From assembly GCA_977030845.1 (NCBI GenBank), contig OZ365113.1:31124001-31188000 (forward strand): a stretch of DNA of 64,000 nucleotides. Reading direction: 5' to 3'. The stretch comes from Fimbriosthenelais zetlandica. Taxonomy: Eukaryota. The notes under the pieces were generated by a model that was given only the letters and a program-made list of their open reading frames with translations, searched no databases and had not been told where the DNA came from. The translations under genes were made by a program, and so were the position numbers. Below are positions 1 to 14,607 of the stretch, piece by piece (within the stretch, counting starts at the first letter, position 1; every line of letters begins with the position of its first letter).

Positions 1-3000
1 AAATACAATAGAATAAAGGAAATTAAACTTGTTTTGATTATCCCGGGTTCACCACAGAAATTTAAGAAAAGAAAAGATCTGGTACTGAAAAAAACTTTTA
101 TGGCACACAACAGACTACTCTTTAAAATTAATATTAATTCCCCTTCAGCCAAATTAATAATATATTAAAATACCAAGAGAAGAAGAACGAGGGGAAAGGG
201 AACGCTCTTTTAAGCTTAGATGAATGCATGGGGTCTTGGCATATTGAAGTGCATGAGGGGAGGCTATAGATACAGCAGCTACATTTAAATATGTAATGTA
301 GAGAAGAAGAGGCTTATATAAAACAGACCCCACCTGATGTTCATAATCGCATTCTTTACCAGGTACAGCAATGATTAGGCGATATGCATGATGTCGATTA
401 AGGTCCATGAAACATTCACGGAGGAAGTGCTACTGATTAGATAATGGTCGACTTGGCATGTTTACAACAGAAACAATTGAGAAGCTAATGAGAGGAATGG
501 TAACCAGGGGCTAAATGAGAGGATGGCGTGGCTTTTCTTCTAGTCTTGTTGTAAAATAAGGATGTGGCACTCTGTTCTGTATACATGTGGAAAAATTGGG
601 TAACTCTTAGAGATCTAGTCATATGTGTGTTTACTGGGTCAAATGGTGTACACTTCAATGTCATCTTCATACTTGGTCAAATGGGTATTGGAATCCTGCT
701 TGTTCAAAGAGCTCCATTGACATGCTTCAGAATTGGTACTCTGAAGATTGCTGTTCCTGCCAACAGATTCATCAGTCATCATCATTGGCAGTTATGACAC
801 AGTTAGGCCTCATACCAGAACATAGTTGTTACAATTTCTTCAGTTAGTGAAACCATTAAGAGAACCCTTTGTGAAATCATGTTTCATATACACAATGTGC
901 CATCTTGATATAAAGTATATTGGAGCGCCAGGTATGCAACTTCGAAGTCAACATCTGAGACATAATTAACTGCTTATGTCCTAGTGCAAAATGAATGTGA
1001 ATAGCACATGGCGTGTTGCTTCTAATCATAGATAGGCAAGGGTCACAATGTCACCCTTTAATTTCACCAAGTCAGAAGTAGGACATACACTTCCCTTTGT
1101 CTATCGCTTCCTATACTGACCCGGTCATTTATCTTTGCACCTTTTGTGTTCCTTGGAATAACACAATGACAGGTTATCTCTGACTTTTATGCTTTTTTAA
1201 TAACTTTAATGAAATAATGACTCTAGCAAAGCCTAGATGAGCTGATGAGTCAGTCTAATGCCATATACATTAAGGCCAAGTTTAAGGGATAATTGCTATT
1301 TATGGCCTAGGAAAGGAATAAAAAAGAAACATTTGTGATCGTTTCAAGATAGAAACATGCCATCCAACAGAACATCTAAAAGGGCTGGCTGATTATTCCT
1401 GTGAAGGCAGAGGCCTATACATGTAACAAGTGGGCCGATGGTGCCTATATGTAAGCTATATGGATAAATAAATTGCTTCAACAAGTGACGGTCTGTATAT
1501 GCAAGAAAATGGGACAATTAACATATTTACCTCCAAAGGAAATTTAAAAAAAATTCTTCCATGCCTTCAATAATCAATAGTGTCATTGGAGGTGAAACAT
1601 TTACGCCTGTATAGAGTACCACATGTGGAGGCCTGGGTGGAGAGGCTTGCTATATAGGTACACACTAATTACCCCTTCATTCACATACATCATGTCTCTC
1701 TCAAAGCCTTTGCCCATTAATTCAGACACCTATTTATCACTGGGGCCAGTAAGGTAAGACCTCTGCAATATTTCAGTGCAGACATAGCGTGTTCTATAGA
1801 ATTATACAGACTTAAATACCTCAAGTGCCATATATACACCAAAGCCTTGGAAACAAACGTTCATTATCCTCACTCATATAACTATCTTAAAGCCCCCACT
1901 CCCTATAATTAGGCTTCACGGTAGAGCACAATCATTAACATGTCATATATGGCGTCTGTTTTTCTCACATGCCTCCCTGGGTGTCTATGGAAGGTCAAAG
2001 GCCAAGAAAATGCTCCCTTTACATTCTGGTTGGGGTGCTGGTAATTGGGATAATTGCTTGGAATAATTGCAGCTAGACCAGTATCAGGGGACATGTATAG
2101 CTCGGAAAGCAAGCCCCCTCTCCTGTGATTAGTGTATGGGAAAATGTATGGTAACACTAATTGCTTCTACCATCATGGAAATCTCCTTCATTATCACACC
2201 ACAAACACCTCCAGTCGAGAGATCTTGATGTTTTATCCTAATTAGTCTCACTATATCAGAGACTGATTGGTATCATGGCATAATTGCCCTTCTAATTACT
2301 TAATTGAACATGTAGGAGGTACTTAATACATCTCTGCTTAAAGGTAATGGTAAACTAGAAGGATGGAAGGGCAGCAAGTCAATAGTCCCTGACAGTAATA
2401 TTCATTTGTTCCATTCATTATTCATTCGTTATATAAATATAGCAGTACATTTAACATACATATCCTAATGAAACCACACCCTATTCTTTAGTTACATATG
2501 TGCCTGGTTCAGTGCTTTTGCAAGCCTTTTCACAGGATCCCGAGGAAACTTCCATTGAAAATACTATCTCAAGGCCGCATTATATAAATGACACAGTGTA
2601 TCTGTGGTCGCTTATAATAGATACATTTAGAGGAGGAGGATATAGGGCCATGGGAACCTGGAACATAGCTCCAATTTGTAAAAGCTCTACCATCCCTCTG
2701 AGACGTTCATTAGTGGAGAAAAGCATTACATTAATATGATCAATGTAAGGTGTTACAGAGTCCAACTTGGTCCTTTCCCACAATCATGTTGCCCTCAGAC
2801 TTCATGGGGTGTTGCTTACATTGTTTGCTGTGACCATATTATGATGGTTAAAATTTCCAAAGTCTTGGAATTGTATGAGATAATGAAGCTTGTAATTAAC
2901 TACACGCCTATTACACGTGTAAATGGTTCATGTTTGACAAGTGCTGAAGAATGTTAAGTAGATCTTATACCGTCAGGAAGCAGCAGCCTCATAAAATGTC

Positions 3001-3098
3001 TAATTTCTTTATGGGTTATAAGACTTGTTCTAAATATTCTCCTTTGGATTAGGTGTTTAACATATCTGGAATATGGTCAGTTAATATGCAGCCATATA

Positions 3099-3133
3099 GT
3101 TATTAGACCTAATATGGTTATTAGACCTAATAT
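3099..3133. repeat. 18-bp tandem duplication
   Basis: GTTATTAGACCTAATAT at 3099-3115 and 3117-3133. Confidence 0.9.
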
Positions 3134-4544
3134 TTGTACTGGTTTGTTCCCAGTTCCATGTTAAGCTTCTTTCCAACTAATCATTCAAGCCTTAATTTGC
3201 CCTTGAAAATAACATCCTATGTTTCCTACATTTTCTGAAAACAATGCCATGTATAAGGCGTCCAAACAATGATGAAGTCCCAACTAGGTACTGACAAAAA
3301 TGACCCTAGAAGTGACCATTGGTGACCACTCACCCCACCAGTGATCTCTGACCTAGGAACATTCATTATTGTACCCTATGATTTGGTTCAAAGACAATGA
3401 TAAGGTTAGATATCCCCGGGCTAGAGTTGACCAATTGTAACAAGTGCATTTCAGCTTGTAACTACCACTCATAAACACATAAAAATCTTGCCTGTGACGG
3501 CGGACAGTGGACTTGGCTAATTACACAAGTAAATATTTGCCATACCATTTACAGCAGAATAAGCCAACATATAAAATATATATAGACGTCATAGATTTTA
3601 TTTTCATGAAAACAATCCGTGTGCATCTCCTCTGCCAGTCATCATTAACAACTAATGTCAAAAAGAATTGGTGACCTTTTAGAGTGCAATATAATGCTAA
3701 TGACAATGCATTGTTAATGAAATATGATCCATTAGCGTCGGTCCATTGAGACAATAGCTGTCCAATTGTGACTGCTTCCTTTGTCATCAATCACAGCATT
3801 TGACACATAACTCACTACACAAAATACAATCCATGTAAACCACAGATTTGTACCCATCTTTCCTCTATGTTCTTAACAAAATAACATGGCGGGAAAATGT
3901 TGGATAAAAGTGCATCATCACAAGGACTTCGTCAATATTGTATCAGATTGGCACTCGTCCGAGTCTTCATGCTTATCCATTTGTATGAGGAATAACCTAC
4001 CCCCAATGGCTTTTTGATGAAACCTACTAAAACATGGCCATTATTTGATATTCCTGGCCGTAAATGTGCTCCAATCTTTGTTCTCCCCGGGTCACACCCA
4101 TCTCTAATGAGTTAGCAAGGTCCTTGAGTACAAGCACAAATGAAGCATTAGAATATGGTGTGTGGTCATGGAATGAGAAATTCATGAAGATTTGGACTTA
4201 CAATAAGCATTAGCAATACCCCCATATCTTGATGCCATTTGGTGACGGGGAGAGACAAAGGATATGTGTATACATATTGCAGGAGGAGGTGGCGGAGAGA
4301 GCCTGATTTACACGCCAGCTATCTCTCACACCCTGCCACCAGGCACTTACACTGAATGGGGCCACAGGGCCGTGCATTATTTTGTCATATATATTTCATT
4401 GTTGTCTTCGTGTGACTTCTTGGTCTTCCATCAGCGGGGCCAGTAATGAATTATTTGATTATCACTGCTGCAGGTGCACTAGTGGTGAAAGTGGATGCCT
4501 ATATGACACTGCCTGTTCATACTCACACTTTCCCTTATAGAAAC

Positions 4545-4568
4545 TACTCTTACTCTTACTCTTACTCT
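4545..4568. repeat. (TACTCT)4 microsatellite
   Basis: Four perfect copies read directly. Confidence 0.9.
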
Positions 4569-7500
4569 AATATATCTATACCAAATATTCGCTGAATCAT
4601 ATACCTTCCTGTTTGGTTTGAGATCACCATCATTTCAGCTTTAATTGAGTTATTATCATTTCTTATAAAAGTGGAAAGGTCTTGTTGGGATTTTTAATAG
4701 AGAAGACCTTTCTCTTTTTAAGTTTCTATTAAAGCAGGGTGGATTGCTTGTAATTCAAATAATCACAATTTCAGAACGCAAGCAAGAGTTCTAACTTTAT
4801 CCTCAATCATATAGCCTTCAGGCAATCAGATTTTTCTGGAAATATTATACCTCTGTTGCCACTGGGAAAATTGGTCTATTATGAGTCGGTAATTTAAGTA
4901 AACTCAGGCAGAAATTCTGTAAACAAAATATCCTTTTTCTAAAGGCTTACCGAAACCGGCCGATTGCTACTGGAGTAATTGACAAAAGAAGTGACATAAG
5001 TTTCACTTAGATGCTTCACGTGTCAAGACATGCCGAAAACGATACAGAGTAATTCAAGCACCCCTCATCTAAGAGGTCCAGAAGTAGGTTATTTGCCTTA
5101 AATGGTCTGGCAGAATAAGTTCACGATATTCAATGGCCTTTTATGTGTGAGATGTGAAGAGAATGATCTTTAAAGAGGAGTTAATGGAAGAAATGTACAT
5201 GTCTATCCTTCCATCGCACCATTATAAAGACTTTTAATTGAATTCCGAACATAAAAAGGAATGAGGCAGGGGGCCCTGGCCTGGAGATATCTACCGAAAG
5301 AAATTATTGTCGTGATACCAGGTGATTAGACAGAGACGCTGGACTAAGGAACTAGAACCAAAGGGCATCAACAGTCTCATTACCAGCTCTTTGTGTACAC
5401 AACACATAACATATCTATAGAACATGATAAGGAAAATAATCAGCATTTTAGCTTTCAACGATTAGTTTAGTAGCCGATGGAAGTAGATAGAAGAACACAA
5501 TGACAAAGGAATTAATTCAATAAAGACAATGATGAACAAGGAAATTATATTTTGAACTTCAAGTGCAGAATCAAACACTATGGACTGTAGCGTGAGCGAT
5601 ATTTGGAATGAAGCAGTCCAGGTGTGAGAGTCATCAAATTGCATTATGGAAAAACAGTCTGGGTCTCTCCTCTTGTTATTTTTCCTGAATTATACCAGGT
5701 ATTTGTGTGAATTATCTAGAGCAAAATCAATAGACCCGACGTGGCTCCTTTTTTCAACCCGAAGACAGGGGACACTATATATGGCTGCCATGCAGGTATG
5801 AAAAAGCCTGATTATTCAGGAGGATTATTTCACCCGGGGGCATTTCTAACTCTGTAGCCTCATGGCTTTTGTGTTTGTGTAAATGTGGAGAGAGGACGTA
5901 TAGTCAGGGCCTGTCTATCATGAACAATGAATGAAAATTAACTTTGACAATCAGAACCAGCACTTTCCTAGACGCCTTTATGGGCTAAAATAGTGTGCAG
6001 GATCTCCTTTGTGTGGCAGTAGAAATGAAATCACTATGGTGTTTTACAAGGGTGCCCTTTTCTTCATTACATATCAAAAGAAACGCTTGGAAATGGCATG
6101 TCTGGATCTCTACTTTGATCTAAAGAGATATTCTAGAAATTCACCCAGTAAGTTGCAGCAGCTATCACTTCTGGAGGCTTCACAAAGAGTTAAACAATGG
6201 TGCGCCATACAGACCCTCTACACTCATTGGACTGCTAATCTAGATAGGTACATACAAGTGTCAGGTAGGGTGATAAGATGGGCTGTTTAGGGAGAGACAG
6301 GTGTTTGGGGGACCCCACAAAGGTCAAGGTAAGTCTGAGGTGAGGTCAGGTCGGGGTCATCCAGCCCATCCCCTTCTAGTTACCACGGTAAGCATCATCA
6401 GGGGCGTCTTATATATAATTGCATCCTGCTAAATACAATACGCGTCCCCTAACGTGCTCATATGACAAAATGCCCTCACACTAAATACCAACTCCATTCC
6501 TACCCACCCACCAATAGCCCTTCTGCAACACTTGAAGCTAACAATGGGCAAAATGCCCTCCACTCATGGAAGTTTTCAAAGCAACTCAGAGATGAAATTT
6601 GTGAATATGGGCAAGGGAGGTAATTAAATAGGAATGGAGGATAGATGAAAGGGAAAAAGGAGGGAGATAATGATTAGTTTTTGTCCGTCTGAGCCTTCAG
6701 AGCGAAGGGCCAGGAGAGAAGATGGATCAATTATGTGATGATTGTGGTAAAGTGAATCCCTCAGCCATGACATAGACTGCCCTGGGGTGACTTCAATAAT
6801 GATGCGGCCTTCTTATAGCCACAGGTTCAGGAGCTCTTAGAGGATAGATAGAAAAGGAAGAAAGAAAGATGTGAGAAATGGAGAGAAAAAAAATTAGCGA
6901 GATTCAAGCTGTTCCATATCACTCCCACTTCAATGACATCAGATATCTGACCTTGGTGTTTCATTGGAATATAGTGGGGGCAGACATTTTTACGCGGCAT
7001 TTTTCTCACTATGGTCCTGTCACCAAAGCTAAAGACTGTCACAGAGAAGTTGAAGGTCCTCAATTTACCACACAGTAAAAGCATTGTTCATGAACCTCGC
7101 CGAGCCAAACAATACAGATATTAGCCAGTGGGGAGATATTTCAGGGCTTTGAAATGGGTAAATATTTTCCCTTTTTAAGATGGGAGTTGTTTATCTGATG
7201 GTGCATTTAGAGTGTTTGTTCAAGCACAGAATCAAGTGTTTGCTTGCCCTCAATTTGAATAAATAAAAAGATGATCATTTCAAACGTACTTTCACTCCAT
7301 TTATGCATGCATACCTACATGTACATACATGAATACATATACCTTCCTTGCCCTTCATATGAAAATGAAATGAATCTTTGGTGGGAAGGCAATGACAGAA
7401 AATATGTAACTCACGCATTGCACTCTTATTAAAAAGTCTGTTGAAATGTCCTTCAATTATTAGGTAAGAATATTGGCAAGGGACCAAAGCTAGACATCCA

Positions 7501-10500
7501 ATCAGAGGAAAGTTAACATTATGTGCTGACAACTGTGTCAGCGGTTTACAGTTGTTTCCCACTTATTATTCATTATGAGAAATTCATTCCACCTCTTCCG
7601 GTATTCCTTTATTTCGATATTTCGAGGAATGAGGAAACCCCACAGCCCCACAACTGCCTTTATAGGTCCATCTTGATTTACCAATTTAAGGATGGGGGTT
7701 TCCCTATCCATGTCCACTGTATATAGTTACTCATATCATCGATATCCATTTAGAAAGTAATTAAAGATGTCATCTCCTATGACTTATATACGTGGGATGA
7801 TGAGTTTGCAAAGATCGAATTTCCCTATTTCTGCATATGGAAAATAATAGTTTGGAGTTGCATGGTTTCAAATAGCCAACTTGCAGCATGGATATGAGTT
7901 TCATGCTAATAGGGAAGATGCCTTCATCGAAGTCAAAGGTGACATACACTTTCATTTTTTGGATTTGTTTTTTTAATATGACAACTGACATATATAGGAT
8001 ATTATTCATATGTAAGTCAAGTTGAAACTTTATGCCTTTAGTGAGAGTTGCCAAAGCGGGACTAAAAGATTACATGGATATATGAGACAGTCATAGTTTT
8101 CGATATATGCTACTATTTCATTTTCAGGGACAGTCATCAATGTCCGAAATTTGACAGTTATAGGAGAGAGCAACAAGGCGAAGAAATGATACTCTATAAA
8201 AACAGGATATGTATTTTATATCAATTGCCTGCGATTCAACAATTGTCCCAAGTGTTAATTAGGTTCTTCGTTGAATCGATATTTATGTTACTTCTCCTTA
8301 CACTTGCATGAGCCAACCTATCACACAAAAAGCATGTAAAAAAGAATATAGACTTTTCTACCCTTTCTCAACAGCAGTATTAAAGTGCATTTTTTCATGT
8401 GTCAACTCAAAAAATTAATTAATTTAATGAATCTGGAGTTATAATTATTATATGAAAAGACTTATTAAAACAGCATATCTTTGGGCCACACTCCTCCGAC
8501 CCGTCATATACTAAGCTGCCCCATATATTTCGTCTCCAGGATGTGTTTTTAAGGGCGACCTCTACTCAAAACGGTTGCTGTAGCCGGTGCCCATAATGGC
8601 GTCTCATTTTCTAGCATGTGTCAACAGAACATGGCCATTGACCGGCAAAGACTGGCCTGTCATGTTGACATAGTCTTTGTAGGGTGGTGAGGAAGAGAGT
8701 CAAACAAGAGCAATCAGAGCTTTAATTTCTCCTCACAACCCACCCCTCAAGCTAATACTAGAAGTACTTCTTTGGGGAGAGGAGTTCCTGTGGCATGCAC
8801 CCATCCTTAAATTGACCTTTTTGTGGGGAAAAAGGATAGTAAGTTCCATCGAGAAACAAATGCTTTTATTCATTTTTTTGCCAAGACGAATTAGTATTTT
8901 ACCTCCACTGCATCGAGGACGTATAATCAGAATTATATATAAGTGAGGTTCTTATTCAAAATGAGTTTTTCTTGCACGTGTAGCCCTTGGGGTTGCTACT
9001 CACCCATGTAATTCAGACCCTTAAACCTCCAAACGATGCCATTCATTTGAAAAAGGAACAAAACTCCATTCTTTTAATCCTCATCTTGTTCCTGAAACTT
9101 GATTGATGAAATCTGAGCAATTTGTGTTTTTATTTAAGTTTTGGGGCGGTCGGTTTTTAATCGAGCTGATGTCATAAAAAGATTTGTATCACTTTTTAAG
9201 CGGCCCGACCTCATCAGGATCGCTTTCATTGGCAGTGACAGCCATGAAGATTTCAATCTGATTCAAAAACCAATCAACAGTCTTACTGCAATATCTTCTC
9301 CAACCAAAGCTTCCACAATTAAAGCGAACCTCACATGAGGTATAATTAATCATAATCATTTCCAAGATGGAAATAATGATAATTTTGAACTATTTAAAAA
9401 AAAACTTTTGGGACATGAGCTTAGGGTTGTCTATTGACATTATAGACTAGGGGAAGGACCCGGGTTAGGAAGATGAAGTGGTATTTATATGAATTTCTTT
9501 GTGGTGTGCATAGTTAGTAGGGCACATCAGAGGACAATAGACAACTGGGGGAGAAGCAAATCCACCAGGTGTATGTCAATAGAACCTGGAGTGAGAGATT
9601 AGTAGGTTGTAATGGGAGAAGCTGACGACTAGGGCCAGCTCTTAGCAGGTGGATCAGGCACTCCGTGCAAAGTCCACCACAGATATAGTCCTTGAATACT
9701 AATAACTGCCTTTTTTCAATTAGACCCTGCCCTTCAGTCCCACCTTGTAATACTACCTTCCCTTCCTTCCACTGACTCTAATGGTATTTGATTAAATATC
9801 ATCGCAGGCCACTCCTTTAGACAAAACAAATAAGCCAGTATTTGCTGAAAAAGTTCAATTGGTACTTACATTGAGATTGGTGGTGTGATTTAAAGCATCT
9901 ACTGACGGACTTGTTATAGAAATGGGCACAGCTAAATGAAAGGTGGAGTAAATTTGATTGTCAAGAAAAAGGACCAATAACCCCACAAGGTCCCATGTGC
10001 CAGGCCAAGCGACGGTAAGTGTGACTATATGAGTTCATATGTTAACAGTTCCCAGCGATATTGGATTTTGTGTCAATATGCATTTATGCACAGTTGCACC
10101 CAGTTGCCCCGACTACCAAAGACTACCAAATTAATTTTCCTTTATGAATTTTCCATTATGAATCACGAGTGGCATTGTGAATGATGTATAAGTAGTGTCA
10201 CTCAATCTTTTCCCCTTTCATAATGGCCTTCTTCTGCAAAAAGGTTCTTCAGGAAATGACAGTATTTCCTAAAATAACTAAATTAAAATTTCAATACAGA
10301 AGAGCCAGATTTCACAAAGGCATTGTAAATTCATTAAACTCGAGGTGTCATGCTACATCCTGAATCCACTGATAGAGCGAGCCATCAGTTTTGTTGCTAC
10401 ATGTACTAGTAATGGTATGGGCCTATTGCTATACGGTGACCATTGGAATACAGTCATATATGTACTCATTTTGACTCTCTCGAAAGAAACGAATTCCTAT

Positions 10501-13500
10501 AGCATGGGTGGAATTGCCACATACTGGTGTTCCAATTACCAACTTTTTTTAAAGCAACTTTAATTCACCATCATGCAAAATAGGTAATAGAAATCAATGA
10601 GTTAGAATCCACCATGCAATGTAGGCCAACCTTGATTGCTTGCCTCGAATGATGCATTTATTTCAATTGATCATTTAATTTATTGTTCGCAGAAGTCACA
10701 AATTGCATGTTGGACATTGAAGGCATGATAAAAACTAGCGTGTCACTGTCACTCTCGGCTTTGTAGTACTTCTCTCCCACCAGAGAGGTGCCACAGTTGT
10801 ACTTTTTTCCTCCCTCGACCCCCTTCTCCCCTCCCATCTCAATCTCTCTTTTGCTTTCAGTATAATGGCCATTTGCGCTTTTTCCAGCTCTTGCGGTAAC
10901 CATTCATGTCAGTGGGGTGGCCCAGAGTCAGCCCAATGTTGTGCCTCCACAAACAAAGACCCCTGACATTGGGGGTTGACCAAGAATCCATATTTCACAC
11001 AAAAATTGAGATAATAATTCACAATTAACATAAACCTCTCTCAAAGCGAGAATGCGCAGGCTGGAGGCAGACCTGGCGAGCCTGCCTTGCATGACACCAG
11101 TCTTTCTCAGGAGCTCGTAGCGCTCATAAATAAGAACAATTAAGCCAGTAAAAGTGAAAGGCGTTGCAACAAAAAGTACGGTCGAGCAGAGAAGATATAA
11201 TTAGGCACGGTTAAGTAATGACGATCATGAAATTGTGCTGCGCGAGACTAAGTTCATGGGTGTTGTGCGTGTTGGACATAATCTTCATTCATCAAGGCTG
11301 CTGTGTCCATTGCGTGGACCCTTAATTACCTTGGATGTACTAAGATACCTTCTCTCTTTCCATTCAACTCAGGCAAAACTAACTCTTGGCCAAATCTGAT
11401 GACTGTAGGACATAACAAACAACACTGAACTCAACTCTCATACCTGCCCACCTCGCCATCCCTCACCCAAAAATAACACGGCTCTTATTACACTCACATT
11501 ATGTATGCCACATTGTGCAAGGTCAATGTATTATTATTTGCCTAACATTTCTCCCTGACCTTATACAGATATAGAAGAAATGTGCGCCCAATAGATGACG
11601 TGGACCTCTGATCTTATGACCCCAATTTAATTAACAGTTTCCTGTCTAAAATGAGATGTCTGGGAGGCAAATGAAATGTTTTGCTTCATTTTCTATAAAG
11701 AAACTTTGGAACGTGAGGAACCATATTAATAAGCTCTTCAATGCAGAAGTTGCAAATAGATTATCAGCTATGCCATGTGTCTGCTATGATTTATAATCGC
11801 TTGAAGAGACCAGAGGGTTTTGGGGCTCATGGCACAGGTAACTGTATATAACCGCCTTGGTGGGCCTCTCAGTGCAACTGCTAGCCAAAAGAGCATGCGC
11901 CTAAATCAAGCAAAAACGTATTGCGACTCTATTAGAAAAGTTAGTGCCCGATTGCTGACATGCTCGAGTCACATGACAAGCAAAACGCAAGCAACCAGAG
12001 GCGTTTGCAGTCTGTTCCAGCCATACGGTGACAGACACTGCAAAGGTTCACAACAATGTGAACATTTTTTCACCATAAACAAAGACGGGAACACCACTGT
12101 TCAAAGTAAAATATGGAAATCCATATATGTTTGTAAATCTAATAAACTCCCTGCAGCCATGAGTCAGAGAACATAGATCTACCATTAAACCAAGTGAGTG
12201 AGCGATAATATGAGAGAGCGAGCCAGAGAAGGAAGCAGTCAGTGTTAGCTATATGATAAAAGGGCATTAATATGGCAGTGAATGGGCATGGGAGAGAAAA
12301 GTTCTAACATGCCGTCCTTGATGACCATGTGATTGTTTGATCGTTCCTCCATGAAGCAGACGAAGGCAATATCTTGGACCCGGATGGCCTGCAGACTATT
12401 TCTCCTTTTGTTTGACCTCAACGCTAAACCCATAAGGACCTTGAGGCTATTAAGCAGGAGCATTTCTCTCAAATTGCGAGTACATTGCTTTGCTCTTTGA
12501 CGTAGGGAAAATGAGAATGATTTAATACTACAGACCATTTTCTCCTGTTTCATGAGCATGGTCACATGGCAGGCAGCAAAACATGCCAGCCTCCAGTGCT
12601 CTCAGAGTCTTAACCCCCCAACTTTGCAAAAAGAAATCACCCCAGAAACCTCTGATGCTATTAGCACATGCGTGTACATTAAAACAAATGCCCTCATTCA
12701 GCGTTTAAATACTAATATTGCATGAGCAACGGCTTGAAGGCATTCATAAGGACGGTAATGTTACGCGCGTTATAACATCTCATGCCGGGCATCATGACCG
12801 GCCTCCCACTCGTGTGTAAATTACCCTCTTCACTCTCTTTGGCCACAGATTTCGGCGTGCTTAATGCAGCTCTCAAGGCCCGAAACAAAATGCTTCCCAT
12901 ATTATTATTCTTTATACTTGCCATGGTGACTGCCGACACCCCATAGTTAGTGCGCGTCTATAAATGTCCAAAGTGACTGATCGCGAGGTGGGCACACGCA
13001 CAGACATTACAAGATTTTTGGAGGTAAGACATTTAGTGAACGGACCATGGCATAATGCAAAGTAGGGAGGGCAAGTGACACGATAGCGGGCCATTTGGGG
13101 CTCTTTTGGCCGGCCATTAGGAGGCGAGTGGAGGAGTAAGGAGCCTGTCCTGAGGCGTGGTGATGGACAAAACAGTGAGCTTCACCTGGGGGAAGTCATT
13201 GTCGGTATGATGGGGCTAGACTAATGATCTCATATATGGAGGCATACAGAGAGCAGCCTGTTATACGACAATAACAGACATAACAGACCTCACTCATTCA
13301 AATCAACCACATATAGTTAGTCTCCATCACCTTGACCGAGACAAATATGTCACTGAAAAGACTTACAGATCTTGTACAAATCATATATCAGCTGACAGAT
13401 CAATTGAACAGCTTAACCTAAAAATACAATCAACAAGCTTCTACCTTATCAGTATACATGGCCGTTGCATGTACTGGAATGTGTTGAAGCCCCATTTCCA

Positions 13501-14607
13501 TGCACTACTAGGATGACTGAAACATTAAAGAAAAACATCTATGAGGATACGTACGCTGGTTAAACATGACTCAAATGCAACCCATTAAAGTATTGATGAT
13601 GGGCAAAACCAGATCAAGAATTTTTAGCTCTGGAATCGAAATGAGTCTATAAGATTTTTTAAGAACTTTCCTTTATGACCATGCCCTATCTTGATCACTG
13701 ATAAAAGTGAATTAAAACTTTTACATGAGTTAAAACATGGAATTTTTCAATATGATCTCCATTCTAACTTTTCCTTTTATGCCATTATTTCGTGATCCAC
13801 AAAAGATGTTCTGAAAGTTGTGCTTAAAATTATCATACAAACGTGATCTCTCAATTAGATATTGGTTTTACCGACTTATGAACAAAAGGAAGGCCTTCCC
13901 CATTTGCCCTTGTGTGTTTTAATATCCTGAGGAAGGTACCATGACTGAATACGAAGCTTGCTGGAATCATAACTGGTTAAAAGTATTCATGTATCCATTG
14001 ATTTCTTATACTACTTACCTGCACTAGTCTTTATGAAACGGCACTTAATTCCATATACTACTTACCCACAGGATGCTCGACTTCATGAAACAATACTTAA
14101 CTTCATAACCATACTATTTTCCTTCATGAAGACTTACAAATTGTACTCTTGCTATGAATATAGCCTTAGAACCTGGTATGGCGTTAAATCACTATTCATT
14201 CATTCATTCATTCAATTGTACTTATACACTAAGCCTTGACTTTCTATTACACTGTCACACTAGTATAATGAAGTAACACTAAGTCTAACACACAATGTAA
14301 AGACAAATGAGAAAAATGAACCAAAATAATCAATACAATCAAGTCAATTGTTTCATATGTTCCAACCACAAACAAGAACAAGTAAACTGTCAATTGTCTT
14401 TTAGTAAACATGCTTTTAAAACAAGCTTTTTTATAGCTGGTGTTAATAGGCGGTTGGAGGGAGAATCGATTTTAGTTCACCATCACCAAGTGATGCTGCG
14501 AGATATAAAAAATGACAAAGCCCTCCAGCTGTGTTAATTGTGAATGAAGTGAAAGATTGAACAGGCTGGTGCAACTAAGACGACACGAACACTGCACATT
14601 TAATGCT

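Noticed and set aside
8128-8189. Strong acceptor followed by TVINVRNLTVIGESNKAKK-stop, faintly RHIM-like
   Set aside because: Only 19 codons, lacks the (I/V)Q(I/V)G core, and no upstream exons were found.
12849-12946. Acceptor followed by the signal-peptide-like MLPILLFFILAMVTA
   Set aside because: The hydrophobic run comes from a T-rich tract, a stop follows at 12944 and the only donor (GTGACT) is weak.
14007-14140. Minus-strand consensus donors (ACTTACC at 14013 and 14060)
   Set aside because: They belong to a degenerate local tandem repeat of about 47 bp, and no matching acceptor or open exon was found.
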